IMG/VR virus record: IMGVR_UViG_3300020045_002525
Coordinates: 1 to 34,928 of that record
DNA length: 34,928 nucleotides
Reading direction: 5' to 3' (one strand)
DNA from: a virus
Taxonomy: Duplodnaviria; Caudoviricetes
The notes beneath the pieces are model-generated. The model was given only the letters and a program-made list of their open reading frames with translations. It searched no databases and was not told where the DNA came from. Made by a program: the position numbers and the translations under genes. Shown one piece after another: positions 17,759 to 26,661 of the stretch. How positions within the stretch are numbered: the stretch's first letter is position 1; every line of letters begins with the position of its first letter.

Positions 17759-19279
17759 TTAAAATCCAGCCTCAACATCAGTACTCTCAATTCTCGCAAT
17801 TCCAGTGCGCTTGTATCTGAAAAATGTTTCAAATCTATCTGGATTTGTAGTTGAAATCTCAACATCTAAACTATCCTTTGAAAATTGAGGATTATTTATT
17901 AAAGCTCTTTCAGCTAAATCCTCAAATAAATCAAAACAAACCGCTTTCCATTCTTTTGGCTTAATCGCCCCAGTAACAGTAGTTACTTGTTCATCAGAAA
18001 TCAACACTTTATCTTTCAATCGTAAAGTTTCTAAAGTACGATAAGCATCGCATACATTCCAATCTAAATTAAGATTACGTGCATAAGCGTATTGTAATGG
18101 AATTTCTCCATCTGGATGGTATGTTGTTACCAAATCCATAATTTTGTACGCTCCGTTCTCTAAAATAACAGTAGAACAACCTTTTTTTACAAGGAAATCT
18201 CTGTTATTATAGTCCGACATATCACCAATCAATCCATCACTCGGAATAGGCATATCTGGATAAGCCTTATTATTCACATCTAAATGCGGTGTATCTTGCA
18301 TAATTCGACCAAATAAAGCAACTACGTTAGCAGCAGCCTCATAAGTAAACCCTAATGAGTTAGGAGCTGGACATAATACATTTGTAACTTGTTCAACTCT
18401 ATCAGAATCGTTTGTAATTTCAGAAAAATCATTAATATTATTAAGAACACTTCCAAAAAACGCCATAAAAGGTTTGAAAATTAAACCATTATAACGTCCA
18501 GTTGGTGCATCAGCATCTGGAATACCATTAAATTGTTCAAATTCAGCTAATTTAGATACTCCATAAGTATTAATTACAGAAGTATACCATACATCACCAA
18601 TATTATCAAATGAAGCCGCTAAACTTACAGTTCCCGCACCACTTGTAGCAGATGTTTGAGAATAAGAAATTCCAGCCGCATTTGAACCAAAATCAATTGA
18701 GATATTTAATTCATCAGAAGTAGCTCCATCCCATTTAGTTGTAAAAGTAGCAACTCCTAATGTATTTGCCCCAGTACAAGGTGCGCCTAAAACACTATTT
18801 ACTGCATCTTTCATTTTTCCAGCAATAATTGTAGGAGTATCACCTACAACAACACTATAAGAATAAGGTTGGAAATCAACACCATCTCTACCATTAACAA
18901 TAATAGTATGTGTTGCATTACTTGTTGCAGTTCCAGTTACAGTCCAAACTCTTGTACTTGCAGTTGCAGCACCATCAGAAATTTGAGGAAATACAATTGT
19001 TGGAATTCCTCCAACTCCATCAGAATTAATTGGTCTTAAAACTCTAATTACTGAATGAATTGGCGAACCATATCCGAATAACTCCCCAGCTTGTTTTGCG
19101 CTTGTTACTTCTACTGGTGTAGTAGTAAGCCCAACTTGATTTGCAGTATTGGCCTCACCAAAAACTGCAATAATTTGCGGTAAATTTTGAGTATCATTAT
19201 TAAAAAACCCTTTTTTGATTTTATATCCTGATACTCTTGAACGTCTTTCAGTTCCTACCGCAGTTGAAATTGTACCCAT
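17759..19279 (-). CDS. Contractile tail sheath protein (Mu gpL-like)
   Basis: AGELFGYGSPIH, LVKKGCST, DLVTTY and NPDR motifs; 506 aa. Confidence 0.9.
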   Translation of the reverse strand: MGTISTAVGTERRSRVSGYKIKKGFFNNDTQNLPQIIAVFGEANTANQVGLTTTPVEVTSAKQAGELFGYGSPIHSVIRVLRPINSDGVGGIPTIVFPQISDGAATASTRVWTVTGTATSNATHTIIVNGRDGVDFQPYSYSVVVGDTPTIIAGKMKDAVNSVLGAPCTGANTLGVATFTTKWDGATSDELNISIDFGSNAAGISYSQTSATSGAGTVSLAASFDNIGDVWYTSVINTYGVSKLAEFEQFNGIPDADAPTGRYNGLIFKPFMAFFGSVLNNINDFSEITNDSDRVEQVTNVLCPAPNSLGFTYEAAANVVALFGRIMQDTPHLDVNNKAYPDMPIPSDGLIGDMSDYNNRDFLVKKGCSTVILENGAYKIMDLVTTYHPDGEIPLQYAYARNLNLDWNVCDAYRTLETLRLKDKVLISDEQVTTVTGAIKPKEWKAVCFDLFEDLAERALINNPQFSKDSLDVEISTTNPDRFETFFRYKRTGIARIESTDVEAGF

Positions 19280-19286
19280 AATTTTT

Positions 19287-19889
19287 TTATGTGTTAAAAA
19301 TTAGTTTATATCCTTTTTCTGTTAAATCTAATTTGATAATTGTATCGTTTCTATTAAATGCCTTTGAATCATCTGAATTTTGAAACTCATTTGCACGAAC
19401 TGAAAATACTAATCTTGCCATTCTACTCATTGATCCATCTTCTTTTCCAAAAGTATCATCAAAATTAATACTTTGTACATAAGTACCAGCAACTAATCCT
19501 GGAGCAAAGCCTAAAGTTTTATATTTAGTAGAACTCAAAATATAACGAATCCATCCAATTACTTTTTGAAGTTTAAGACTTACGTCTTTATCAGCAGTTT
19601 GAGTAGAAGTTTCTAAACCATAAGTATAAACATCGATGTTAAAAGTATTATTTCCTTGAACTTCAAACTCATTATGATTATCATAAGAAACATTATTTAA
19701 AGAAACATTAACCACTACATCCTCGCTCTTATCTATCGGCTCAATTCTTTCAACAAAAGCCTCTAAATCAAAATCAATACAATGCAACTCTTTTTGGTTA
19801 GTCAATTCTAAAAGCAGAATAGCTCCGATGGTTTCTGTTAAAACCTCGAAGCTCTGTTCTACTATTATTTCTGTTATTTTGGCACTCAT
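19287..19889 (-). CDS. Tail terminator/neck protein
   Basis: Immediately upstream of the sheath gene; alpha/beta pattern; call based on synteny. Confidence 0.55.
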   Translation of the reverse strand: MSAKITEIIVEQSFEVLTETIGAILLLELTNQKELHCIDFDLEAFVERIEPIDKSEDVVVNVSLNNVSYDNHNEFEVQGNNTFNIDVYTYGLETSTQTADKDVSLKLQKVIGWIRYILSSTKYKTLGFAPGLVAGTYVQSINFDDTFGKEDGSMSRMARLVFSVRANEFQNSDDSKAFNRNDTIIKLDLTEKGYKLIFNT

Positions 19890-19891
19890 TT

Positions 19892-20275
19892 TTAGTCTTT
19901 GTAATCATTTAAAATACAAACAATTAATCCTAATGTTTCATCTGGAAAATTCTCTCTAACAACATATTTCTTAATAACTCCAGTACTATCCGGATAATCA
20001 ATAATATGTTTTAATAAATTAACTTCTCCTTTTGCATTTCGTACTGGATAACCTAAAGAAACTAAATCATTTTCATTTATACAAATGTGAGCATTTTTAG
20101 AATTAATAGGCAAACCATCACTATCAAAATTAATAAAGTGTTTGGTGGCAAATCCAGTTAACGAAACTGCTTTATCTCTACTTGGTGTTGTAATCGTAAT
20201 TGATTCCTCAAATCCACCTTTAGTTATAAAAAACTTTGAATCTCGCCTCGCTAACTGCATTAATTTACCACTCAT
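19892..20275 (-). CDS. Head-closure/head-tail adaptor protein
   Basis: Position after the capsid genes; C-terminal PDETLGLIVCIL; call based on synteny. Confidence 0.5.
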   Translation of the reverse strand: MSGKLMQLARRDSKFFITKGGFEESITITTPSRDKAVSLTGFATKHFINFDSDGLPINSKNAHICINENDLVSLGYPVRNAKGEVNLLKHIIDYPDSTGVIKKYVVRENFPDETLGLIVCILNDYKD

Positions 20276-20278
20276 AAC

Positions 20279-20509
20279 CTATTTATCTTTTTTATCAGAT
20301 TTAACTTCTACAACATCATTTACTTTGATGTCATCTATTGCTTTTTCAGTTTTATCTTTTTTATCAGATTTAACTTCTACAATAAAACCAGCCTCAACCA
20401 GTTTATCAGCATTACCCATCAATTGACTTTCATCAACCTCAGTACCAAATGGAGCAACAACTTTTCCTTTAAGCTGATGTCCAATTACATTTACACTAAA
20501 CTTTCTCAT
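20279..20509 (-). CDS. Small capsid-adjacent protein with a duplicated C-terminal peptide
   Basis: ADKLVEAGFI motif common in genes that follow capsid genes; VEVKSDKKDK occurs twice. Confidence 0.6.
   Translation of the reverse strand: MRKFSVNVIGHQLKGKVVAPFGTEVDESQLMGNADKLVEAGFIVEVKSDKKDKTEKAIDDIKVNDVVEVKSDKKDK
20282..20382. repeat. 32-bp perfect direct repeat
   Basis: TTTATCTTTTTTATCAGATTTAACTTCTACAA at 20282-20313 and 20351-20382. Confidence 0.9.
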
Positions 20510-21582
20510 TACGATGTAGTTTGAAGTGTGTAAATTCTATCAATTGAAACTGGTACTGCTAATGGTGCAGAATGCATCATAAATTCCCAACTCATACGAA
20601 CCTGGTCAATAACATCAAAAATGTTAAATTCAGCTTCTAAAACACCAATATACTGACTTCCAGAAATAGCATCACCCATAACCGCTGGCAATCCAGCAAA
20701 TCCAGTAAATCCTTTAAAATCTTCTGGTAATAAAACTACATTGTTTGTAGCTAAATATCTTTGCTCTGTTCCACTTGCATCCTCATAAGTTTCGTTATAA
20801 GTCCAAATATTAACAATGAAATCCCCAGCACCAACTTGCCCCTGATAAGCTAATCCAGAAACATTATCAAACATAGGCATACCTAAGTCGATTCTGTTAA
20901 TATTTCTAATATCCGCCTCAGCTTGTACTTTAGTAGATGTTTTAAAATTAGTATAAGCAGCAGAACCCATAATTGCATTTACAGTAGTTGAACCAGAACG
21001 TCCAGTAGAACGTAAGAAATCACAACCAGCTTGCAAATCTTTAACCGGGTCTGAAGTAGTTGGAGCAGTCCATTTTTCTCCAGCAACAGATTTAACAACA
21101 ATTGAACCAGCTTTACGCTTAAAATCAATGTTATCTCCATTGTTTAAAATTACAATTCCAGTTTGTAAAACCTGAGCTCTTTGTAATTCAATAGCTCTTT
21201 TGATTTTATCCTTTAAAGCAGCTAATTTAGAACTTGCGCTTTCAAATAAACGTCCAGCAGTCATTCCCTCTGGAGCATTACCAGCACCAAAAGTAACATC
21301 GTAAGCATCACAAGAAGTGAAATCAAACATCTCTTTGAAGTAAGGCGGAACGAAAATCTTTTCAGTTGAACGGTCAAACGTATTTCTTACTGGATCAGTA
21401 CAACGTAAAACATCTACTGCAATTGGCTTACCATTTCTTTGAACTTCAATAGATAATTCTTTTGCACTTGTAGTTTTACTTGGAAAAAAAGCAGCAAAGC
21501 CATCTTTGACTTCAACTGCATCAGAAAAAGTTTCTAATAACGCTTGAGTTATTCCTTTTCTATGTTGATTTAATGTTATCAT
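20509..21582 (-). CDS. Major capsid protein (lambda gpE family)
   Basis: FF P, F.PPYFKE, KI.RAIE.Q..QVL.TG, IDF.R, KW.....DP..DL, SAPLAVP motifs. Start moved to ATG 21582, just after the upstream stop. Confidence 0.9.
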   Translation of the reverse strand: MITLNQHRKGITQALLETFSDAVEVKDGFAAFFPSKTTSAKELSIEVQRNGKPIAVDVLRCTDPVRNTFDRSTEKIFVPPYFKEMFDFTSCDAYDVTFGAGNAPEGMTAGRLFESASSKLAALKDKIKRAIELQRAQVLQTGIVILNNGDNIDFKRKAGSIVVKSVAGEKWTAPTTSDPVKDLQAGCDFLRSTGRSGSTTVNAIMGSAAYTNFKTSTKVQAEADIRNINRIDLGMPMFDNVSGLAYQGQVGAGDFIVNIWTYNETYEDASGTEQRYLATNNVVLLPEDFKGFTGFAGLPAVMGDAISGSQYIGVLEAEFNIFDVIDQVRMSWEFMMHSAPLAVPVSIDRIYTLQTTS

Positions 21583-21583
21583 A

Positions 21584-22018
21584 TTAATTATCGAATTTTG
21601 TAAGTTCAACAGTTGAAGTATCTACGTGAAGTCCAATACTTTCTAAAGCATCTTTTTTAGCAACACCAGCCGCATTAGTTAAAACTAATTGACCACCAGC
21701 AATATCTAATAACTCCAAACCGTTAATAGTTCCTTTTGTTCCGTAGTTCACATTTAATGTAGCATTTGCAGCTAAATCAACAGTACCATCTAAAACCAAA
21801 ACACCTACTAAAGTGTTAGAAGTAGCCACTAAGCTTAAATTTGTACTTGCTGCAACTCTATAAACTAATTGACCAGTTTGCAAAGTCCAAGTTGCCTCTG
21901 GGTCTGAATCGTTTACCAACGTACCAGAATCATATCTATTATCAAATAGAAATACTTTCTTTTTTGAGTAATCCGCAGTCGATTGATTACGAGTTACATT
22001 TCTTTGATTTACATCCAT
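21584..22018 (-). CDS. Head decoration protein (lambda gpD-like)
   Basis: Between protease and capsid genes; LQTGQLV..., LVGVL pattern. Confidence 0.65.
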   Translation of the reverse strand: MDVNQRNVTRNQSTADYSKKKVFLFDNRYDSGTLVNDSDPEATWTLQTGQLVYRVAASTNLSLVATSNTLVGVLVLDGTVDLAANATLNVNYGTKGTINGLELLDIAGGQLVLTNAAGVAKKDALESIGLHVDTSTVELTKFDN

Positions 22019-22029
22019 TTCTGAAAAAA

Positions 22030-23328
22030 TTATTTATTAATCGTTTTTTTGTACATAGATGCAATTTCAGCAACTGCATCTGTTTTGTTTTCTTCTTCAG
22101 CAGCCTCAGCAATAACTACTGCGGTTTCTTCAACTACTACTTGTTTTTCAGAATCAGAATTTAAACTACCAAGCATATTAGCAGAATTCATTTTTACTAA
22201 AAACGCCTCTCTTTGTGATGGCGAAATTTCATCACCAGAATTAATACACTCAATAACGGTTTTTGAATCCGCATCGATGTAAGTCAATAACGATTTTACT
22301 CGCTCTCTTTCAGCACTTGCTCCCTCAGTTACAATCCCAGCATATACTTCTGGATGTGCTTGTTTAATTTCCTCTTTTGTCATTTTTTTTGTGGAATTAG
22401 TTAAACTTAAATTTGAATTAATATTATTTTTAGAATCATTTAAAACCATTTGGACCACTTCATCAAAACTCGCAATCCCATCAATAAAAGTTCCTACTGA
22501 ATCTTTAGCAAATTTTGTATGTCCATTATCAAAATCAGTTCCCTCTAATTGAGGTCTATTTTGAAGCGTTCTACCTATAAAAGCCTCGTTAATCGGGTCC
22601 AATAAATCATTAATAATTAACTCGTAATTATCATTATTAAAAGCCTCTTCAAATGCCTTATTTTTTTCAGTAGATTTTGATGCGTAAATAGTAATATGTT
22701 TTGTGCCATTTGGGTCTGTTGTGTTTGCTTTGTGGCCCTCCATACTAATCATAGTACCAACTGAACCTACAATACTCAATTTATCCTCAGCAAATATTTT
22801 AGTAGAATTTGATACAATTCCATAAGCAGCACTTCCGGCCATTCCTCCTTTTGTTACTAAAGAATAAACTGGCTTTGTTTTTTTTACTTCTTGAATAGCA
22901 TCTCCCATTATATCAACTGCACCACTTGAACCTCCTCCAGAATCAGTAAGCACTATAAATCCTTTTATTCTGGAATCTTTTGACATTGATAACATTTGAT
23001 TTGATAATTCTATCATACCACTTGAAGAAGCTCCTCCGCATTTTGTAATTGGACCATTCAAATTGATAACTCCAATTCCATCAAAATCATCATTATTATC
23101 TAATTGCCCAGGAGTCTGATCATCTCCAAAAGGTCTGCTAATAATTCTGGTTTCGTTAGAAACATTAATAACACTGATACTATTGTATTTCTGCTCTGGA
23201 ATATCTAAAGAAACTCCATTATGTATTATATTTTTCAATATAGCCGATAACGATTGAAAAGATACCGCATCTACACACCATGGAGTTAAGCCGTATATTT
23301 CTTTTGCAAGTCCGTAATTCATATACAA
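22030..23328 (-). CDS. S49-family head maturation protease (lambda gpC-like) with C-terminal scaffold region
   Basis: LNGPITK, DSGGG, AGSAAY (catalytic Ser), VGSVG, IDGI.SFDE. Confidence 0.9.
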   Translation of the reverse strand: MYMNYGLAKEIYGLTPWCVDAVSFQSLSAILKNIIHNGVSLDIPEQKYNSISVINVSNETRIISRPFGDDQTPGQLDNNDDFDGIGVINLNGPITKCGGASSSGMIELSNQMLSMSKDSRIKGFIVLTDSGGGSSGAVDIMGDAIQEVKKTKPVYSLVTKGGMAGSAAYGIVSNSTKIFAEDKLSIVGSVGTMISMEGHKANTTDPNGTKHITIYASKSTEKNKAFEEAFNNDNYELIINDLLDPINEAFIGRTLQNRPQLEGTDFDNGHTKFAKDSVGTFIDGIASFDEVVQMVLNDSKNNINSNLSLTNSTKKMTKEEIKQAHPEVYAGIVTEGASAERERVKSLLTYIDADSKTVIECINSGDEISPSQREAFLVKMNSANMLGSLNSDSEKQVVVEETAVVIAEAAEEENKTDAVAEIASMYKKTINK

Positions 23329-23345
23329 ATATTTTATTTTCTTTA

Positions 23346-23378
23346 CAAATATAAAACATTTTTTTTTAAATAATCAAA
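23346..23378 (-). promoter_or_regulatory. Bacteroidota-type promoter for the protease-capsid-tail operon
   Basis: TTTG (23378-23375), 21-nt spacer, TATATTTG (23353-23346). Confidence 0.65.
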
Positions 23379-23380
23379 AT

Positions 23381-23416
23381 AAAAAAAACCACATCAAATT
23401 AATGATGCAGTTTTTT
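23381..23416 (-). terminator. Intrinsic terminator after the lysis block
   Basis: Minus RNA AAAAAACUGCAUCA-UUAAUU-UGAUGUGGUUUUUUUU. Confidence 0.75.
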
Positions 23417-23439
23417 CCTCCTAACTAAACAAAACTATA

Positions 23440-24042
23440 TTATTTTACTATTTTAAAAATTGATTGTTTGTAACCTATGTTTATGCGTTTTTCGGTATCA
23501 TATCCGATTTCAAGTATATTTCCTTTTCTGTTTTGAAACCCAGCATTTAAATTAACGGCATCTAAATTGATACCAGCACCAAGTAAGAGCCTAAATTTAA
23601 CCTCTTTAATTGGCATCTTTTTAATTTCGTAGTCTAATTGTAAACTTTTTAATTCGCCTTGAACTATTCCGCTTGCAGTTGCCTTGAAATTATCATTTTC
23701 AAAAGGTTGGTTAAATGATTTTAAAGAAATTGCACTCTTATATAGTTTTTCTTTTTCGAGGCTATCTTTAGCATTTATGTAGGCTATTTGTAAATTATAG
23801 TTTTCTAAAGCTAATTCTTTGTTTATTTCGTTGTTTTTGTAAACGATTACATCTTTGCCTTTTACTTTTATTGTTTTTCCTGGTAATTGTTCGTGCTGAA
23901 TAATTGTGTCAGTTTTAAATGTTCCTTTAGATGGTATTGGCTTAACCGATTCTGAATTACAACCTTTAAACCATAAAATAATAAATAAAACTATAATTAA
24001 AATAGTCTTAATGTTTTCTAAATTGAATTTATTTTTAATCAT
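23440..24042 (-). CDS. Membrane-anchored/lipoprotein, candidate spanin-like lysis protein
   Basis: N-terminal hydrophobic helix ending WFKGC; C-terminal amphipathic beta strands with a near-terminal Phe; downstream of the endolysin. Confidence 0.45.
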   Translation of the reverse strand: MIKNKFNLENIKTILIIVLFIILWFKGCNSESVKPIPSKGTFKTDTIIQHEQLPGKTIKVKGKDVIVYKNNEINKELALENYNLQIAYINAKDSLEKEKLYKSAISLKSFNQPFENDNFKATASGIVQGELKSLQLDYEIKKMPIKEVKFRLLLGAGINLDAVNLNAGFQNRKGNILEIGYDTEKRINIGYKQSIFKIVK

Positions 24043-24176
24043 CTGTGAAATTTAGAGGTTGGAGTTAATAGTAGTTTTTCATATTCTGGTGTATAAGTAA
24101 AAAATTTAAAATAGGTTGGTAAACCAATAACATTTACACCATACTGGCAATAAAGAATTATAATGTACTTTTTCAT
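24039..24176 (-). CDS. Small hypothetical protein (45 aa), below the ORF-track cutoff
   Basis: MKKYIIILYCQYGVNVIGLPTYFKFFTYTPEYEKLLLTPTSKFHR; ATGA overlaps with both neighbours. Confidence 0.6.
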   Translation of the reverse strand: MKKYIIILYCQYGVNVIGLPTYFKFFTYTPEYEKLLLTPTSKFHR

Positions 24177-24376
24177 AATATTTTAGTTTTTTTAATTACT
24201 TCTATTTCTAATTCTTTTGTTAAAGATTTAATACTGCTAAACGGATAAACAGTATCTGAGCCAAAGTAAGTTATGTAAGGTTTTAAAATTTCTTTTCCAA
24301 AAAATGTTTTTTTAACAACATAGTAACATTCAAATTTACCATTTTCGTTTTTTTTTATTCTAAATTGAGGTTCCAT
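24173..24376 (-). CDS. Hypothetical protein
   Basis: 67-aa basic ORF with its own upstream -7 promoter element. Confidence 0.6.
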   Translation of the reverse strand: MEPQFRIKKNENGKFECYYVVKKTFFGKEILKPYITYFGSDTVYPFSSIKSLTKELEIEVIKKTKIL

Positions 24377-24398
24377 GTCTTTTAGTTTTTTGTTGAAA

Positions 24399-24406
24399 CA
24401 AAGTTA
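24399..24406 (-). promoter_or_regulatory. -7 element TAACTTTG
   Basis: Matches TAnnTTTG, 22 nt upstream of the ATG at 24376; no canonical -33 element. Confidence 0.5.
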
Positions 24407-24407
24407 T

Positions 24408-24443
24408 AAAAAAAATCCCTAACTTTTACATTAAGGATTTTTT
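24408..24443 (-). terminator. Intrinsic terminator after the endolysin gene
   Basis: Minus RNA AAAAAAUCCUUAAU-GUAAAA-GUUAGGGAUUUUUUUU. Confidence 0.75.
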
Positions 24444-24462
24444 CATTTAATCGGGGGACTTT

Positions 24463-24975
24463 TTATAACTTAGGATAAACTATTCCGTTATGAGTAATTG
24501 TTTGTCCTTTATCAATTTTTAATTTTAATTCTTGCCACTTAAAACTCGTGCCGTCTTTTTTCTTTGCTTGAAAATGAGGCGGGTCTTTAAATGTTTTCCA
24601 ATCACCTCCACATTCCCATCCTTTTGACTTAAAATAATTAGTTATCTCTTTCCAATCAGCAATAGTATCTTTATCAAAATCTCTAATTTGAGAGTAACTT
24701 GCCTCTTCAAATTTACCATCTCCATTGTTATCATAAAGCAAAACAATATCAAAAGCCATTCCGTAATTATGAATTGATTGACCTCCTTTTGCGTTGGTAA
24801 CTTTTGGTTTTTGATTGTATAATTTATCTTGTAAGGCATTTGAACGATAAACATAAGCAAATCTTAATCTCGCTCCTTTTCCTAATAAGTTATTAGCCTC
24901 CAAATATTGTTCTGTAAGCAAATCTATATAATCAGGATGTGCTTCTTTTATTCTTTCAAGTGTTATCTGGTCCAT
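24463..24975 (-). CDS. Endolysin, M15 family (L-Ala-D-Glu peptidase-like)
   Basis: YRS...QD.LY, VTNAKGGQSIHNYGMAFD, W.CGGDWKTFKDPPHFQ (Zn ligands H, D, H). Confidence 0.92.
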   Translation of the reverse strand: MDQITLERIKEAHPDYIDLLTEQYLEANNLLGKGARLRFAYVYRSNALQDKLYNQKPKVTNAKGGQSIHNYGMAFDIVLLYDNNGDGKFEEASYSQIRDFDKDTIADWKEITNYFKSKGWECGGDWKTFKDPPHFQAKKKDGTSFKWQELKLKIDKGQTITHNGIVYPKL

Positions 24976-24977
24976 AA

Positions 24978-25241
24978 TTACTTATTATTTTCGCGTTCTA
25001 ATTTTTCTAATTCTTCTTTTCTAATCAATCTATCAATTACGCTTTTATGATAGAAATGATGCATTCTAATAATTGTATAAACCAAACCTACTAAAGCAAA
25101 CAAAACTTTTATAATATTATCTATTGTTGTAAAAACAAAACTTCCAGTAGTTAATGAACCTACTAAATCTATTATAGTAAAACCCCAAAAAGTAGCTATT
25201 GTAAGGTCTAAAAAGTTTAAAATTTCTTTAATAGTTTGCAT
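24978..25241 (-). CDS. Putative holin
   Basis: 87 aa, two hydrophobic segments and a charged C-terminal tail; directly upstream of the endolysin. Confidence 0.55.
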   Translation of the reverse strand: MQTIKEILNFLDLTIATFWGFTIIDLVGSLTTGSFVFTTIDNIIKVLFALVGLVYTIIRMHHFYHKSVIDRLIRKEELEKLERENNK

Positions 25242-25561
25242 ATAATATAAGCTATAAATAGTTTAACAATAACAAAATACTGCATATCCATTAACGATAA
25301 GTGAATCAAATCTAAACAATTTAAAACAAATAAAAATAATGCAGTATTTCTAATCTTTGTATCAATCCTTACAAATGTAAGAAAATAAAACACAACTCCA
25401 AATATTAAAATATTAGAATAATCTTCTAACACATTACAAAGAAATTTTTCGTTATCATTAAATAAAAACCAATCTACTTTTTTATCTGAATTGTAAAAAA
25501 TAGCTTTAATTTCCCCTAATGGAATTAATAACCAAAGTATGTAATGTTTATTATTTTTCAT
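25217..25561 (-). CDS. Multi-pass membrane protein (holin/antiholin candidate)
   Basis: Three or four hydrophobic segments; in the lysis block. Confidence 0.45.
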   Translation of the reverse strand: MKNNKHYILWLLIPLGEIKAIFYNSDKKVDWFLFNDNEKFLCNVLEDYSNILIFGVVFYFLTFVRIDTKIRNTALFLFVLNCLDLIHLSLMDMQYFVIVKLFIAYIICKLLKKF

Positions 25562-25799
25562 CTTTATTTGGTGGTGGATTTGAACCTCCTACTCCAGTTT
25601 GTTGATTAGCGTTTGGTGATGCTGAATAATAAAGCCTAAAAGCTCCAAACGAAATTACTGCTATTCTTAATAATGTAGCCACCCAACTCGGTGCGTTTAA
25701 TTCTGAAATCAACTGAACTAACAAGTCAGTTGTTTGGTCAATAATACCTCCAATAACAATAAGTATTGGAAATAAATTTTTCTTTAAAAAATCAATCAT
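25551..25799 (-). CDS. Small membrane protein (holin/antiholin candidate)
   Basis: Two hydrophobic segments; polar, Pro-rich tail. Confidence 0.45.
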   Translation of the reverse strand: MIDFLKKNLFPILIVIGGIIDQTTDLLVQLISELNAPSWVATLLRIAVISFGAFRLYYSASPNANQQTGVGGSNPPPNKDEK

Positions 25800-25904
25800 A
25801 TTTATAAAAATTAAAAGTTACAATTTATTATATTTTTCTCTAAATAAAGCGCAATAAGGAACGAAAACAATTCCGATTATACACAAACTAGCAAATCTTA
25901 AAAA

Positions 25905-26282
25905 CTAATTTCCTTTGCCGTTTTTACGCATATTCTCGTAATAGTTCCAAACCGCTTTATACCAACGGTTATAATTTCTGTTTACTCCAATTAAACATTC
26001 GTAATCGTGAAGCATTGCATCTAAATCTAAATTCGGAATGTCTTTTAAATCCTTTACGAATGTTGCGCCATCAAATTTAAAATGATTAACACAAAAAAAA
26101 TCGTAAGCTGCACAATAATTACTTATTTCAATAACTGTTCTGTTTTTTATTTGTAACAAAGTAACCATTTTTTCACGAAACATTTCAAGCGCATACTGGT
26201 CCTGATAAAAGAATTTTGATTTACTTTTAATCTTGAAATAGATTAAAGCTAAAACTGTAAGTATTATAATTGAGTACCACAT
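25905..26282 (-). CDS. Membrane protein with DGAT...LHDY motif (DUF1353-like), probably truncated by a premature TAG
   Basis: N-terminal TM segment; FDGATFVKD...AMLHDY; the frame stays open for 28 codons after the TAG, to TAA at 25818. Confidence 0.55.
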   Translation of the reverse strand: MWYSIIILTVLALIYFKIKSKSKFFYQDQYALEMFREKMVTLLQIKNRTVIEISNYCAAYDFFCVNHFKFDGATFVKDLKDIPNLDLDAMLHDYECLIGVNRNYNRWYKAVWNYYENMRKNGKGN

Positions 26283-26284
26283 AA

Positions 26285-26656
26285 TTAAATAATTTCCCAG
26301 TTTTCAGCAACTCCATAAACTGGATCTTGCTGAGTAATATATAACAAGGCCATTGCAATTAAATTATCCATTTCATCGCTATAAATTTCAGTTAATTCAA
26401 TAGGATTTTGCAATAAATAAAACAATCCATCAATTTGTGCTTTTGAATAAAATGCTTGTCGTGTATAAATTAGTTTTTTAGCTGAAGTAAGAACTCCATC
26501 TACATCAATTTCTGTTAAAACGTAATCATTTACTTTAGCGCAATATCTTTCATTATTTGGTTCGTATGACCAGTTAGAAATTTCAATCTGAATAAAACCA
26601 GATTTCTTATTTCTTGCATCGTAGACTAATTCTACATTTGATTTAATTTTTGCCAT
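26285..26656 (-). CDS. Hypothetical protein (possible fibre-associated chaperone)
   Basis: 123 aa; follows the LamG gene. Confidence 0.5.
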   Translation of the reverse strand: MAKIKSNVELVYDARNKKSGFIQIEISNWSYEPNNERYCAKVNDYVLTEIDVDGVLTSAKKLIYTRQAFYSKAQIDGLFYLLQNPIELTEIYSDEMDNLIAMALLYITQQDPVYGVAENWEII

Positions 26657-26661
26657 TGTAT

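Noticed and set aside
6522-19889. Tailocin or extracellular contractile injection system
   Set aside because: Capsid, portal, terminase and recombination genes are present, so this is a phage.
20282-20382. Mini-CRISPR (32-bp repeats with a 37-bp spacer)
   Set aside because: Only two copies, non-palindromic, in frame within a coding gene, and no cas genes or leader.
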